Both the position numbers and the translations under genes were made by a program. Below the pieces are notes generated by a model. It was not told the origin of the DNA, did no database searches, and saw only the letters and a list, made by a program, of their open reading frames with translations. Shown here in pieces: positions 36,871-48,387 of a stretch of 64,000 nt of DNA. The stretch spans positions 2,480,001-2,544,000 of the forward strand of contig NC_086097.1 of assembly GCF_963921235.1 (NCBI RefSeq). Reading direction: 5' to 3'. The number at the start of each line of letters is the position of its first letter. Positions within the stretch are counted from its first letter, which is position 1. This DNA comes from Mobula hypostoma. Its lineage: Eukaryota.

Positions 36871-38119
36871 GCAAACGTAATAGCAAGCAAAGAAGCACAT
36901 TTACTTGAAAAGAAAACCTGCATGCAGCCCAAGTACACTGAGTGACAATGTCCAGCAGACAAAGTTGGTCTCCCGGCAGTATACAACGCACGCAATCCAG
37001 CCTGTCTTTCCACCGCTCAAATGTGGGAAGGCAGCACTGACAGGAGAGGCCAGGCCCCCGATCAGTTCAGACGCCAAGTCTCTCACCTGCTGCAGCAACA
37101 GGCAAGCCTGATGCTTGAGGCCTAGTTCTCACTACAACTAACACTAGAAACCTCCCATGTCTCCTACCCCTCCAGCAGACAAGGGAATCAGGCCTGTGAG
37201 AACTTGCATTTTATCACTGTCCAACAGAGTCTTGTGATCTCAAGTGAAATGTCTGAGACAATCTCCCACAGTTATATTGCACCAACTCCAATGCTTCCAA
37301 GTAGTGGGCGGCAACATGGTCTGCAGTCAGCTCAGCTCCTCCGAACCCAAACCAGCTCCTCCGATATCCCGACAGGCTCCTCCGATATTCTGGTGGGTTC
37401 CTCCATATCCTGACTGGCTCTTCTGGTATCCTGACCAGCTCCTTCTCCACCATGCCAGCCTCAGCCAGCCCATTCCACACCTCGGCTGGCTCTCTCTCCA
37501 ACATCACGGCCGGCCCTTCAACACCTCGGCCAGCTCTCCCTCTATCGTCATAGCAAGCCCCTTTGACACCTCGACCGCTCTGCTGCCAACACCAGTCCAA
37601 CTACTCCGATCAACGAGCAGCTCACTGATGGAGTGGCCCTGTAGTGCTCAATGTCCTTGGAGTAGAATTGTCTTTGGATCATAAAAAAGCAAATTTTACA
37701 GAGGGAAAATCATCTTTGGTTGGCCCCCGAAAGGCTGCTGTTTTTACACACGCCACCATCTTACTGGAAGTTGGGATCTAATATTCCACCTCACCAACGT
37801 TTTATACAGCGTCATTCTGTATTTGATTCTATATGTATTGATAAGCAGTTCGACACTCTACAGTTGAAAAGACTGGAACTTAGCAAAGAAAAATTTTAAA
37901 AAGAGGTGCTTCAAGAAAGGAAATTTTTAAAAACTGGTCATAAACTGAAGAGGTTCTGAGGATCCTGGAAAGTCATAAAAAAACAACAGCACAGAAACAG
38001 GCCCTTTGGCCCATCTCGTCCGTGCCTAGCCCCATTTACTCTGAGGAAATCTCAGGCAACTCGCACAGAGTGCTGGAGGAACTCTGCAGGTCAAGCAGCG
38101 TCAATGGAAATGAACGGGT

Positions 38120-38660
38120 CGAGACCCGAGGCCGGCGGACAGAAGTTTACGATGCTGTGCTGTAGTCTCTGTGGGTGGGAGGCCCTCTGGTCCCAGGCAC
38201 GGCGCCGTCACCCTGGCAACCACCCGGATGTGGGCGTCCAGAACCCGGAAGCGGATTTGCTTGTGACTCGTCAGCCGGTGGAGACGGAGCGGGCCGCTCG
38301 GCCATCGAGTGAAGTTAGAGTCGCCGCTGCCGTACCTTCTCCAGTGAGGTGAGGCCGAGGCCGGGGCCGGGGCTTGGGTTTGAGCTTGGCACCGGCACCA
38401 GGGGGCGAGGCTCAGAGCTGGAACTCGGGGCCAGAGCGAAGCTCGGCCGGGGTTGGTGCTCCGCGGCTCGGCTTGACGACGGGGAGGCGGAGGTCGGGGC
38501 TGCCCGCGGTTGGGAACCGGTCTCGGGGAGCGAGGTTCGGGGCCCAAGGCCGGGGCTGGAGTCAGTGAAGCCTGCTACTGGGGCTCGGAGCTGGGCGGCC
38601 GGGGGCTCGGGTAGAGGTGACCCGAGGGTTTCGCTGGCAGCTTCGCCTGGGAGCTGAGAG
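38120..38660 (+). promoter_or_regulatory. LYSET: CpG island / LYSET promoter and probable exon 1 (donor at 38348/38349)
   Basis: CpG-rich; RFX X-box GTCACCCTGGCAAC (38207-38220), ETS-type CCGGATGT and CCGGAAGC sites; donor GAG|GTGAGG followed by G-rich intron sequence; nearest CpG island upstream of the LYSET coding exon. Confidence 0.75.
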
Positions 38661-38999
38661 CGGATTCAAGATTGTTTAATTTCATTTCCAGTGCACAGCT
38701 GTAAAAGAGGATGAAATAATTGTTACTCCAGATCTGATGCATCACAAAAGAAAACACAATAACCTTTTTAAAAACAATGAATGTAAAAGATGGCTTATAT
38801 AGAATAATCGATGAAATGACAGGAGATAGAGTGCCTGTACGTAAATTAACTGACAGGAAATGATAAAGTAGTGGTCGGGTAAGGTGAGTTAGTGGGTGGA
38901 TGTGCTGATCAGCCTTAACTGATTTCTGCAAAATGTTGGGGGTTGTGGCTTTTCAGATTTATTTAGTCATAGTCATACTTTATTCATCCTGGGGGAAAT

Positions 39000-40487
39000 T
39001 GTAGGCCATTTGGCCCATTGACCCTGCATCCCCATTCAATCATAGGCTGATCCAATTCTTCCAGTCAACCCCACTCCACGGCCTTCACCCAATACCCTCT
39101 GATGCCCTGGCTAATCAAGAACCTATCTATCTCTTGCCTTAAATGCACCCAATGACTTGGGCTCCACAGCCACTAGTGGCAACAAGTTCCACAGATTTAC
39201 CACTGACTAAAGTAATTTCTCCGCATCTCTGTTCTAAAAGGACGTCCTACAATCCTGAAGTCGTGCCCTCTTGTCCTAGAAACCCCTACCATGGGAAATA
39301 ACTTTGCCATATCTAATCTGTTCAGGCATTTTAACATTGGGACTGTTTCTATGAGATCCCCTCTCATTCTGAACTCCAGGGAATACAGCCCAAGAGCTGC
39401 CAGATGTTCCTCATACGGTATCCCTTTCATTCCTGGAATCATTCTCGTGAATCTTCTCTGAACCCTCTCCAATGTCAGTATATCCTTTCTAAAATAAGGA
39501 GCCCAAAACTGCACACAATACTCCGTGTGTGGTCTCACGAGTGGCTTATAGAGCCTCAACATCACATCCCTGCTCTTATATTCTATTCCTCTAGAAATGA
39601 ATACCAACGTTGCATTTGCCTTCTTCACAACCGACTCAACCTGAGGGTTAACCTTTACGGTATCCTGCACAAGCACTCCCAAGTCCCTTTGCATCGCTGC
39701 ATTTTGAATTCTCTCCCCATCTAAATAAAAGTCTGCCCGTTTATTTCTTCCACCAAAGTGTATGACCGTACACTTTCCAACATTTTATTTCATTTGCCAC
39801 TTCTTTGCCCATTCCCCTAAACCAGTGGTCCCCAACCTCTGGGCCACGAAACATGCAGGGGTACAGCGGTAGCCGGAGCGCACCCAGCACATCTTTAAGA
39901 GAAAAGCCGAAATAAACAAGCTAATTAATTAGATGCCGCCCAGAAGCCAGTCTTCATTAGAGGAACTGAGGTGGAGAAGGTCAATAACTTTAAATTCTTC
40001 GGCATTAAGGATTGACGTTTCTCTCTCTGAAAAGTGTCAGAGGATCTGTCCTGGGACCAGCATGGCAGCACCTATACTTTATTAGAAGTTTGTGTAGATT
40101 CAACATGTCACCTTGATCCTGACAGCCCTGTCTTTTCAGCCTGTCTGGGCTGGCATTTAAATTGACCAAACAATGGAACAGCTAAAGGCTCCAGCGCCCT
40201 GGAAAGAGGAGTGAACATCCCGTCGAGCAAGTGAAATCGGCAATCGCCTCTTATCTGGGCCGACATTTACCTGTCAGGTGGCACCTAATTAATTAACTTG
40301 TTTATTTCGGCTTTTTTCTTAAACATGTGCTGGGTGCGCTCCAGCTACTGCTGCACCACTGCATGCTTCACGGCCCGGAGGTTGGGGACCACTGCCCTAA
40401 ACTGTCTAAGAGTCTCTCTGCAGGTTCTATTTCCTCAACACTGCCCGCTCCTCCACCTATCTTTGTATCATCGGCAAATTTAGCCAG
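39000..40487 (-). mobile_element. CR1 3' portion, interrupted by a hAT MITE
   Basis: ORF 39197-39694: LVRPHTEYCVQFWAP...LERVQRRFTRMIPGM; resumes at 40403 (KFADDTK region). Confidence 0.9.
39823..40394. mobile_element. hAT-superfamily MITE with long (~120-bp) imperfect inverted termini
   Basis: TIR CAGTGGTCCCCAACCTC / GAGGTTGGGGACCACTG; 8-bp TSD CCCTAAAC at 39815-39822 and 40395-40402. Confidence 0.9.
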
Positions 40488-40519
40488 ATAGTAGTGAATG
40501 TGTGGATAAAGAGAACCCA

Positions 40520-41320
40520 GTTAAGTAAATAACACAGAAACGTTATACTTATTTATTTATTGACAAAAATTACATATATTTGTGGAAAAAGTATACGAAC
40601 CTTTGCTTTCAGCCACTGCTGTGACCCCCTTGTACAGCAATAACTTCAACCAAACGTTTCCGGTAACTGTTGGTCAGTCCTGCACATCAGCTTGCAGGAA
40701 TTTCAGCCATTCCTCCTTACAAAACCGCTTCAGCTTTAGGATGTCGGGGGGCTTCCTTGCATGAACTGCTCGCTTCAGGTCCTTCCACAACATTCCTAAT
40801 GGATTAAGATCAGCAGTTGGCCATTCCAAAACACAAATTTTCTTCTTTTTAAACCATTCTGTTGTTGATTTAGTCTTGCCTTTTGGATCATGACTTTTTG
40901 CATTATCCTATGTCTTGATACAATTTTGAATTCATTGTTCCCTTAATGACTCCAAGTTGTGGCAGCAAATCAGCCCCAAGCCATGATGCTGCTTCCACCC
41001 CATTCACAGTTGGGATGAGGTTTTGGTGTTTGTGTGCAGTGCCCTTTTTCCTCCAAACAGAGCAATGTGCATTTCTGCCAAAAACTTTTATCTCATCTGT
41101 CACAGAGCATTGTACCAGAAGTGTTGTAGAACATTCAGGTGGTCTTTTGCAAGCTTATCATTTTCCTCAATCAATAAATGAACGGGTACAATTTTTTTGG
41201 TGCTCTTTAATTGGGTTCTCTTTATCTAGTTTTAGGACGTGAAGATCTGATCACATTTTAGGTCATTTATGCAGGAATAGAGAAAATTCTACAGGGTTCA
41301 CAAACTTTCCGTCACCACTA
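40520..41320 (-). mobile_element. Tc1-like transposon remnant
   Basis: ORF 40903-41103: TDEIKVFGRNAHCSVWRKKGTAH...NLIPTV, GTMNSKLYQDI; end sequence agggttcacaaactttccgtcaccact. Confidence 0.78.
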
Positions 41321-42594
41321 CACGTATGTACTAGGATCCCAAAACCCCTCTGCTCATCAACTTATTTAGCAATACAGCGTAAAGACCCTTCCAACTCTGT
41401 GAGCCATGCTGCCCCAGCAACCCCTGAAAGCCCCCATTCTAAACTTGTGGGACAATTTACTAGGGCCAGTTAACCAACCTGGTACGTCTTTGGACTGTGA
41501 GAGGAAACTGGAGCACCCTGGGAAACCCACACATTCCATGGGGAGGATATATAGACACTCCTTACAGAAGGGATTGAACTCTGAATTCAGTTTACACAAG
41601 CTGTAATAGAGTTGCACGAACTGCTATATTACTGTTACATTACATTATTTACATTGGATCTTCTAAAGTGCAACATTTCACATTTGACTGGGTTAAATGC
41701 CACTTGCTATTTCTCTGCCCAAATCTGTAATCTACACCCAGCTGTATCCTATGGTAGTCTTCTACGCTCTCCACAATACCTTCTACTGCAAACATACAAA
41801 ACCATCTCATCTGTGTTTTCACCATATATATATGCATCACAAACAACAGATGTCCCAGTACAGATACAGTACTAGTTAAACACAACTAGTCACAGAGCTC
41901 CAGCCAGAATAGCTTCTACCCTTCTACGGGCAGGGGTAGGGGCAGCAGTGCAGAGTGGCTAAAGGAATAACCATTGTTATGCTCTTTGAGCTCTATTTCA
42001 GAACTGGAGGGCAGGAACTATGTTAATACTTCACACCAGCACCTGCGTTGAGTATAGCTAATGTGGGGTTTGCTACCTATAAACTTACCTAACTGGTTTC
42101 TGTCATTGATTGGCATGTGTACTTATGTACGAGAATCCACGGCAGAACCACCAGACCCAGAAAATTATGTTCCTCTAGCAATAATCAACACCTCCACCCA
42201 CTATCCCACACCACCACACCCACAACCACCATTACGTTATCATTTGTCAAGTCACTTCATGTACAGATGCTCCTGTGCCTAGTGTCACTTCATGGAGATA
42301 CAATTAGTCTATGGATATAAGCTATCTTATGTATTTATATTTATTGTGTTTTTTTATTATTGTTCTTTATCTTACTGAGTTTGTTTGTGGTGTAATGAAA
42401 CCAGAATAACAATTTTTTTGTTCTCCTTTACACTTCTGTACTGCACAATCTTTAACCTTAATAAGTTTCTTGATTTTGATCTTTCTTAATCACGTTGTGT
42501 TTTGCTTTCAGAAAGAATTTTTCCAGCTTCAGGATGACAGGACAAACCCCTTGCTTTCCCAATGTATTAAAATAGTTAATTTTTTTTTAATGTA

Positions 42595-44181
42595 CAGTGC
42601 CCTGTAAAAGTATTCGGCCCCAATCCTTTGTTCACATAAATGAGTGTTACAACCATGGCTTTTGATCAATTCAACTGAGAATTTTTATTTGTGAATCACA
42701 TGCTCTGTTTTACACAGTTGAGCCCAAAAAGTAGAAATCTTTAAAGCATGAAAAGCTGAAAATTCAAACACTGAAATGTCAGCAGTTCAAAAGTATTCAT
42801 CCCCGGTTGCTCAGCATGTAATTGAACCACCTCTTGCAGCTGTCTTTCTAGATAAGCCTGTATTAGCTCTGCACGATGTGATGGAGCAAGATTATGAATA
42901 AGTTGCTCACGCTGAGTCAGGTTAGTTGGGGAGTGTTGGTGGACAGCCAGAGATATTTGATTGGGTTAAGGTTAGGACTCATTAGTGGGCTGCTCAAGGA
43001 CATCAATTTTCTTCATTAGAAGCCACTAGGATATACTTACTCCCCAGTTTAAGCTTTCAGGCAGAGGCTAGCAGGTTTTTATCCAGGATCTCTCTGTATT
43101 TAGCAGCATTCACCTTCCCATCAATCCTGATTTCCAGTCCCTGCTGCTGAAAATCATCCCCTTAGCATACTTTACAGTGGGGTGGTGTTGCCTAGCTGAC
43201 GTGCAGCATTAGTTCTACACCACATGTATGGCTTAGTGTTGAGGCCAGAATGTTCCACTTTAGTCTTATCCACACACAAGACCTGTTCCACATCTTAAGT
43301 GATACTTAACAATGTCTTGATGGGCAAGAATATGTTTTTTTTTAGCCAGGTATACTTCCTTGCACTCTTCCATAAATACCCTTTTTGTGCAAATTTTTGT
43401 AGAGATGGTGGTACTGTGAACTTCATCTCCAGTATCAGCACAGACTTCTGCAGCTCACTCAGAGTGACTGTTGGTGTCATAGCAGCCTCTGGTGTCACAG
43501 CAGCCTCTCTTACAAGTGCCATTCTTCTCCTGCGACTAAGTTTGGGGGGGTGGTGTTGGGGAGGCTGACCTAGGCAGTGTGGCTGTGGCTTCATATTTTT
43601 CCATTTTTTCAGAATGGACTGCACTGAGCTCCAAGGTATGTTCAGTGCCTTTGAGATGATCTTGTACCCTTCCCCAGATTTATGTTTCCCTGACTTGTCT
43701 TGAATGCTCTTTTGGCTTCATTTTGGTTTGGCCTGTTGAAAATCTACCATTCATTGAAAGCAGGTGATTCTCTAATTTTCTACATTGATAAATTGAGTGA
43801 GTTGGTAAGGTGATATACAGTATGGTACTAGAGGAAAGTTAGCTTAGTAATTACAAAGTGGATGAATACTTTTTCAACCTCATGAATTTGGTTTTTAATT
43901 TTTAGTAAATTGTTTACAGGTTTTGGAATTTTTCTTTTGATTTCACATGATGCACAATGTTTTGTAAATTAGCTCAAAATAATCCTGTCCTGACGAAGGG
44001 TCTCGGCCTGAAACATCGACTGCGCCTCTTCCTATAGATGCTGCTTGGCCTGCTGCGTTCACCAGCAACTTTGATGTATGTTGCTCAAAATAATCCTACT
44101 TGAATATATTTTAAGTTTAGAAGATGAGTCGGTAAAGTGTGGAAATAGTTGTGGGTGGCCGAGTACTTTTTCAGGGCACTG
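42595..44181 (-). mobile_element. Tc1-like DNA transposon, both ends intact, decayed transposase
   Basis: TA TSD (42593-94 and 44182-83); TIRs CAGTGCCCTGTAAAAGTATTCGGCC and reverse complement CAGTGCCCTGAAAAAGTACTCGGCC; ORF 43295-43624 VQSILKKWK...PKLSRRRRMALVREA...PTVTLSELQKS. Confidence 0.9.
43987..44082 (+). mobile_element. 96-bp Penelope-derived insertion that is essentially the hammerhead motif plus 3' terminus
   Basis: 15-bp TSD GCTCAAAATAATCCT (43972-43986 and 44083-44097); starts GTC-CTGACGA-agggtctcggcct-GAAAC-ATC-GAC. Confidence 0.85.
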
Positions 44182-44234
44182 TATATTTGATGCATGTCTC
44201 ACTTTTATATTGCAGAGAAAGTAGATTATGGAGA

Positions 44235-44630
44235 ATGATGAACTTTCGTCAGAGAATGGGATGGCTTGGTGTAGGATTCTATCTGCTCGCAAGTGCTGCA
44301 GCTTTTTATTATGTGTTTGAAATAAATGAGACTTATAACCAACTGGCTTTGGAACATATTCATCGCAAGTCAGAGAAGCTGGAGAGTGAAACATCTTGGA
44401 CCCAGACAGTGACTGCACGCTTATTTTCACTCCCGTTCTGGTTGTGGGCCATTCTCTTTCTAATTCCGTACCTACAAATCTTTTTATTCCTGTATTCGTG
44501 TACAAGAGCTAATCCCAAGACAGTGGGCTACTGTATATTTCCAATATATTTAGCAGTCATATGCAACCGCCATCAAGCTTTCGTCAAAGCCTCTAACCAA
44601 ATCAACAGATTGAAAATAATCGATACGTGA
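44235..44630 (+). CDS. LYSET: Lysosomal enzyme trafficking factor (TMEM251/LYSET/GCAF), 131 aa, two transmembrane segments
   Basis: MMNFRQRMGWLGVGFYLLASAAAFYYVFEINETYNQLALEH...PYLQIFLFLYSCTRANPKTVGYCIFPIYLAVICNRHQAFVKASNQINRLKIIDT is recognisably TMEM251; acceptor ttttatattgcag|AG at 44215/44216. Confidence 0.97.
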   Translation: MMNFRQRMGWLGVGFYLLASAAAFYYVFEINETYNQLALEHIHRKSEKLESETSWTQTVTARLFSLPFWLWAILFLIPYLQIFLFLYSCTRANPKTVGYCIFPIYLAVICNRHQAFVKASNQINRLKIIDT

Positions 44631-46870
44631 ATAGAATAGACTATTTGGGATCAACCCCAAATCAAGATTCAAGACATGGATGTTTAATTTTATGTAATCT
44701 ATAATGAAATGTTCAGCTGTATCTGAATTTTTTAATAGAAATTTATTTGTAACTGTACAATCCTTTGGAGAATGGGGTAAATGCAATGGTCAGAATTGTG
44801 TTTAAAATCAGTCACTCCATTAATCCCACTCTATCTTCAGTGGGAGTTCTCAGCTCTTTTGGGCCACTTTGGTGACAAAGGGTTTTGTACCTCATCCTGA
44901 CATACTTTAAATAGATCTTAAATTATAACACCTCCACTTTAATTTCTAACTACTGTAGATGTTTCTGGAAAAACATCTATTTGAATATATGTAATACACC
45001 CTGGATTATTATTTGTTAATCATTTTTGGATTGTGTTCAAGATGTATGTTTTTTTTCAGTCTATAATATTTGACCAAGCTTAAATTGTCACAGGCAGTGA
45101 TATTTAATGAATTTTCAATATAGCCTTGCAAATGGTAGACCTTATATCCTGGTTTTCGATTTAATTTTGAAAGGAATCCCATAACGTGCTTTCACAATTG
45201 TCACCTTACCACTGGGCAGCAAAGCAAGTCTAGGTTTATGTTTAGAACGCATACACTCTTAAGTTAATAAATGGTTGAACATAAAACTAAAGGCATTTTG
45301 GATAAATCAAATCAAGGCAATTGTGTTCAAGGTGTACCGTTTGTGGAATATTTTTAGAAAGTATTTGGAAGGAATTCGGATTTTCTGTAAAGTTTCTTAA
45401 AGATTTTAAATGAGCATAACATTGGACCAAGGTGAAATTACCACATGGTTAAGGTGTTGAGATGCGTCAGCACGCTTCTGGGTTAAATCTGAAGATCCAG
45501 TAATTCAGGGAGAGTTCATTCTTGTGGTTATGTTTTTAAAAAATGAAAATTAGCTTTTCTAGGTTGTGCATTCACATTGGACGGTAGGTTAAAGAAGTAG
45601 TAATCGCCTTGATGTTTTGAAATGATGGACACATTTGGACTTTCAAGTATTTTCAGAAGCCCAATACAAACAGTAAACATTGACCTGGCAGCAGGGTTGG
45701 AGCGTTGAAAATGAAGCCTACCACTAAGAGCATACTAAAAGACTATATGCCTCCATAATACTTTTTTACAAATATTAATGCAAATAATTTATTTTTTTAA
45801 AGAAGGCACTTTAATCTGCAAACTATAATGAGAGTTCTTGCATGAGTGTGACAATATAATGTCAACATCTTTTAAGATAAAGTTAATCCTTAGAGCTTCA
45901 TCTAGTTCAGATGTACCTTGATTATTGAATAGGGTGAAGATCGTGTGAAATGGATGATTAGTGTTGCGTTGACTTTCAGAACATGCTGCATTTGCGTGAG
46001 TAATCAAGAAGGGTGTTTATTAGTTCCTCCTGGTTCTTCGGGAGAGAAGCTCAGAATATTTTGTAGACTTTGTTACTTGAGGCCAAATACTGTGGTAATC
46101 AGTCTGCAGTGAAAACAATTGATTGTATTGGAAGCATCTTAATGTTTCTGTGATGTCACCAAATATTGTATCAATACAATTCTTTTGATAGAAAATTAAT
46201 GTGAGGGAATTCTAATATTGAACTTTCTACAAATGAAGAATGTGTGAGATTTAGGGTTTTTTTTTAGATGATTGTTGTGTTCCTCTCTCCAACCCCTCCT
46301 AGTGTCTAAATTCATTCATTCTTCCATTCATTGAATACTGGATTATGCAGGGGATATTTTACCTCTGTGACCAGTGAGTATGTGTGATGTTAGTGGTATG
46401 CTATTAAATGATTTTGTAATACGGTGCCAATAAGATAACTGCAAAAGTTGGTCATTTTAAAAGAAAGAAATAAAGCTATTTTAGCTTTAAAGAGCTGTGG
46501 CAGAGTTGAAAATCTGTCCATTGTGCATTATGCATCTGCCTTTTACCTGGATAGAAGCTTGTATAAGAAATGGGGCTGGATTTGCAACTGCATTAACATT
46601 TCTAAGATACCTGCTAATAAAGCCTTGAGCGGTACTGTCTAATTTCTTTTTGACATTAAGATGGTTTAAAATATCCAGTGTTAAACCTGAACGAATCTTA
46701 ATCTGCTATTGATTTCATACCTTATGTGAAAGAAAACTGAGGTTGGTGTTTCTCCTGCATTAATGAAAAATCTAATTATGCTGTATTGCTCTACAATGAT
46801 TTAATTGGAAAACTTGTGATTTGCTGCTTACTTTTAAAATTCAATTAAAATTCTGTAATTTTTGTATGGA
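44631..46870 (+). other. LYSET: Probable long LYSET 3' UTR with several polyadenylation signals
   Basis: AT-rich and nearly transposon-free for >2 kb in an otherwise repeat-saturated window; AATAAA at 46469 and 46616, ATTAAA at 46844 followed by T/GT-rich sequence. Confidence 0.55.
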
Positions 46871-47217
46871 TTCTGACTATATTAATATGCATTTGCTGTA
46901 TTTCTTTGAACGAGGCTGAATTCTCAAATTAGTGATGAACGCAGTACCTAAACATCAGCACAGACTTTGAAGATGTTCCAACTTTCTTCTGGAAATTGAG
47001 TTTTGTGTGTAAGATTTCTGAATGTGGTGGAATTAGAAATACTGTACTTTCAATTTTCTTGTTAATTGCATAGCAAGGGTTATAAACATTTGGATATTTT
47101 AAGAAATATCTTCTGGTAAAATGGTGGCACGTTCAAACTTCTATGGGGCCAACTAAAGGTTATTCTCTTTTTAAAAATATTGTTTACAATCACAAGACAC
47201 TGGTACAGCGCCAGCAC

Positions 47218-47360
47218 CATTTGGATCTCCCCCTCTCCCTCCCACTTTCAAATCCCTTACTAGCTCTTCCTTCAGTTAGTCCTGACGAAGGGTCTCGGCC
47301 GGAAACGTCGACTGTACCTCTTCCTAGAGATGCTGCCTGGCCTGCTGCGTTCACCAGCAG
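47218..47360 (+). mobile_element. Short Penelope 3'-end insertion with hammerhead motif (47278-47313)
   Basis: Near-identical to 22897-23038; AGTC-CTGACGA-agggtctcggccg-GAAAC-GTC-GACT. Confidence 0.85.
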
Positions 47361-48387
47361 GCCCCAAAGGAGGTGTGCTATCTAACAGTAGGTGATCGTC
47401 TCAGTTACTTTTCTTTAATTGCAAGGCCCTGTTGGACAGTAGTGGTGTGGAATGCTGCAAATCTGATTCACTGGTTTATTGGTGAATGGCAGAGGAGCTG
47501 TTTGGCCTGGGTTATAGTGAGGACTAGGCCTCAGGTGGCTGTGCTGCCTGCTTGCTGGTGCACTCCAGCAGAGGTGGTGTGGCATAGCGAACATCCTGGA
47601 TTTGATGCTGTCCTCGGGTATGCACTGGGCAGAAGACAAGCCATACTGTTCAACTGCAGATTTCTCCAACGTTCCTGGACTCGCACTTGGACCATATTGT
47701 TTTGTCTGTGTGACTGTTGGGGCGGTGTTGTGCACCTTGGCCCCGGAGTAACTCTGTTTCGTTTGGCTGTATCCGTGTGTGGTTTAATGACAATTAAACT
47801 TGGACTATAATGCACACAGTAAAAATGCTAAGCATTTTTAAGTGTATCAGTTTACAAGTTTAGTTAAGTTTTTGATTTAAGATAAGCAGATTCAAATGTG
47901 TCATTGCCTATCTGAGATGGACTCCTTTGCTTGTTTTTCATCCATGTCCCTCTAAACCTTTCCACTCCTACTACCATGTCATTTCATTTTCTTAGAGATA
48001 CCGTGTGGAACAGGCCTTCCATCATAATAGGTGGTATTACCCAGCAACCCATAAGACACAGGAGCATTTGGCTAATGGCAATATTATATGTCACCTATTT
48101 AACCCTCGTTTAATTACAGGACAATTTATAATAACCAATTAACCTACTAACAGATATGTTTTTGGATTGTGGGAGGAAACCAATTGCACTCTGATGGCCC
48201 GAGCTGTAGCAGCATTGCACTGACAGCTGCACTCCCATGGCGCCCAATTTGTAATCGTTCCTGTCTCTACCACTTCTTCTGGCATCTTGTTCCACATACC
48301 CACCACCAGGTCAAAATGATCCCCTTAAATGTTTCCTCTCTTAACTTTAATCTATGCCCTCTGGCTTTAGAGTTCCTGACACCTCAA

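Noticed and set aside
38101..38657. Pro/Arg/Gly-rich ORFs on both strands, also at 17790-18335
   Set aside because: Expected stop-poor frames in CpG islands; no recognisable homology
42512..42563. Possible LYSET cassette exon (tttgctttcag|AAAG...CAAT|gtatta) containing an ATG
   Set aside because: Weak donor, ATG frame stops right after joining the coding exon, and the pre-Tc1 intron would be only ~63 nt
44139..44234. 163-aa ORF start for LYSET at 44139
   Set aside because: Starts at GTG inside the Tc1 end and crosses the splice acceptor; the similarity in length to the long mammalian isoform is coincidental
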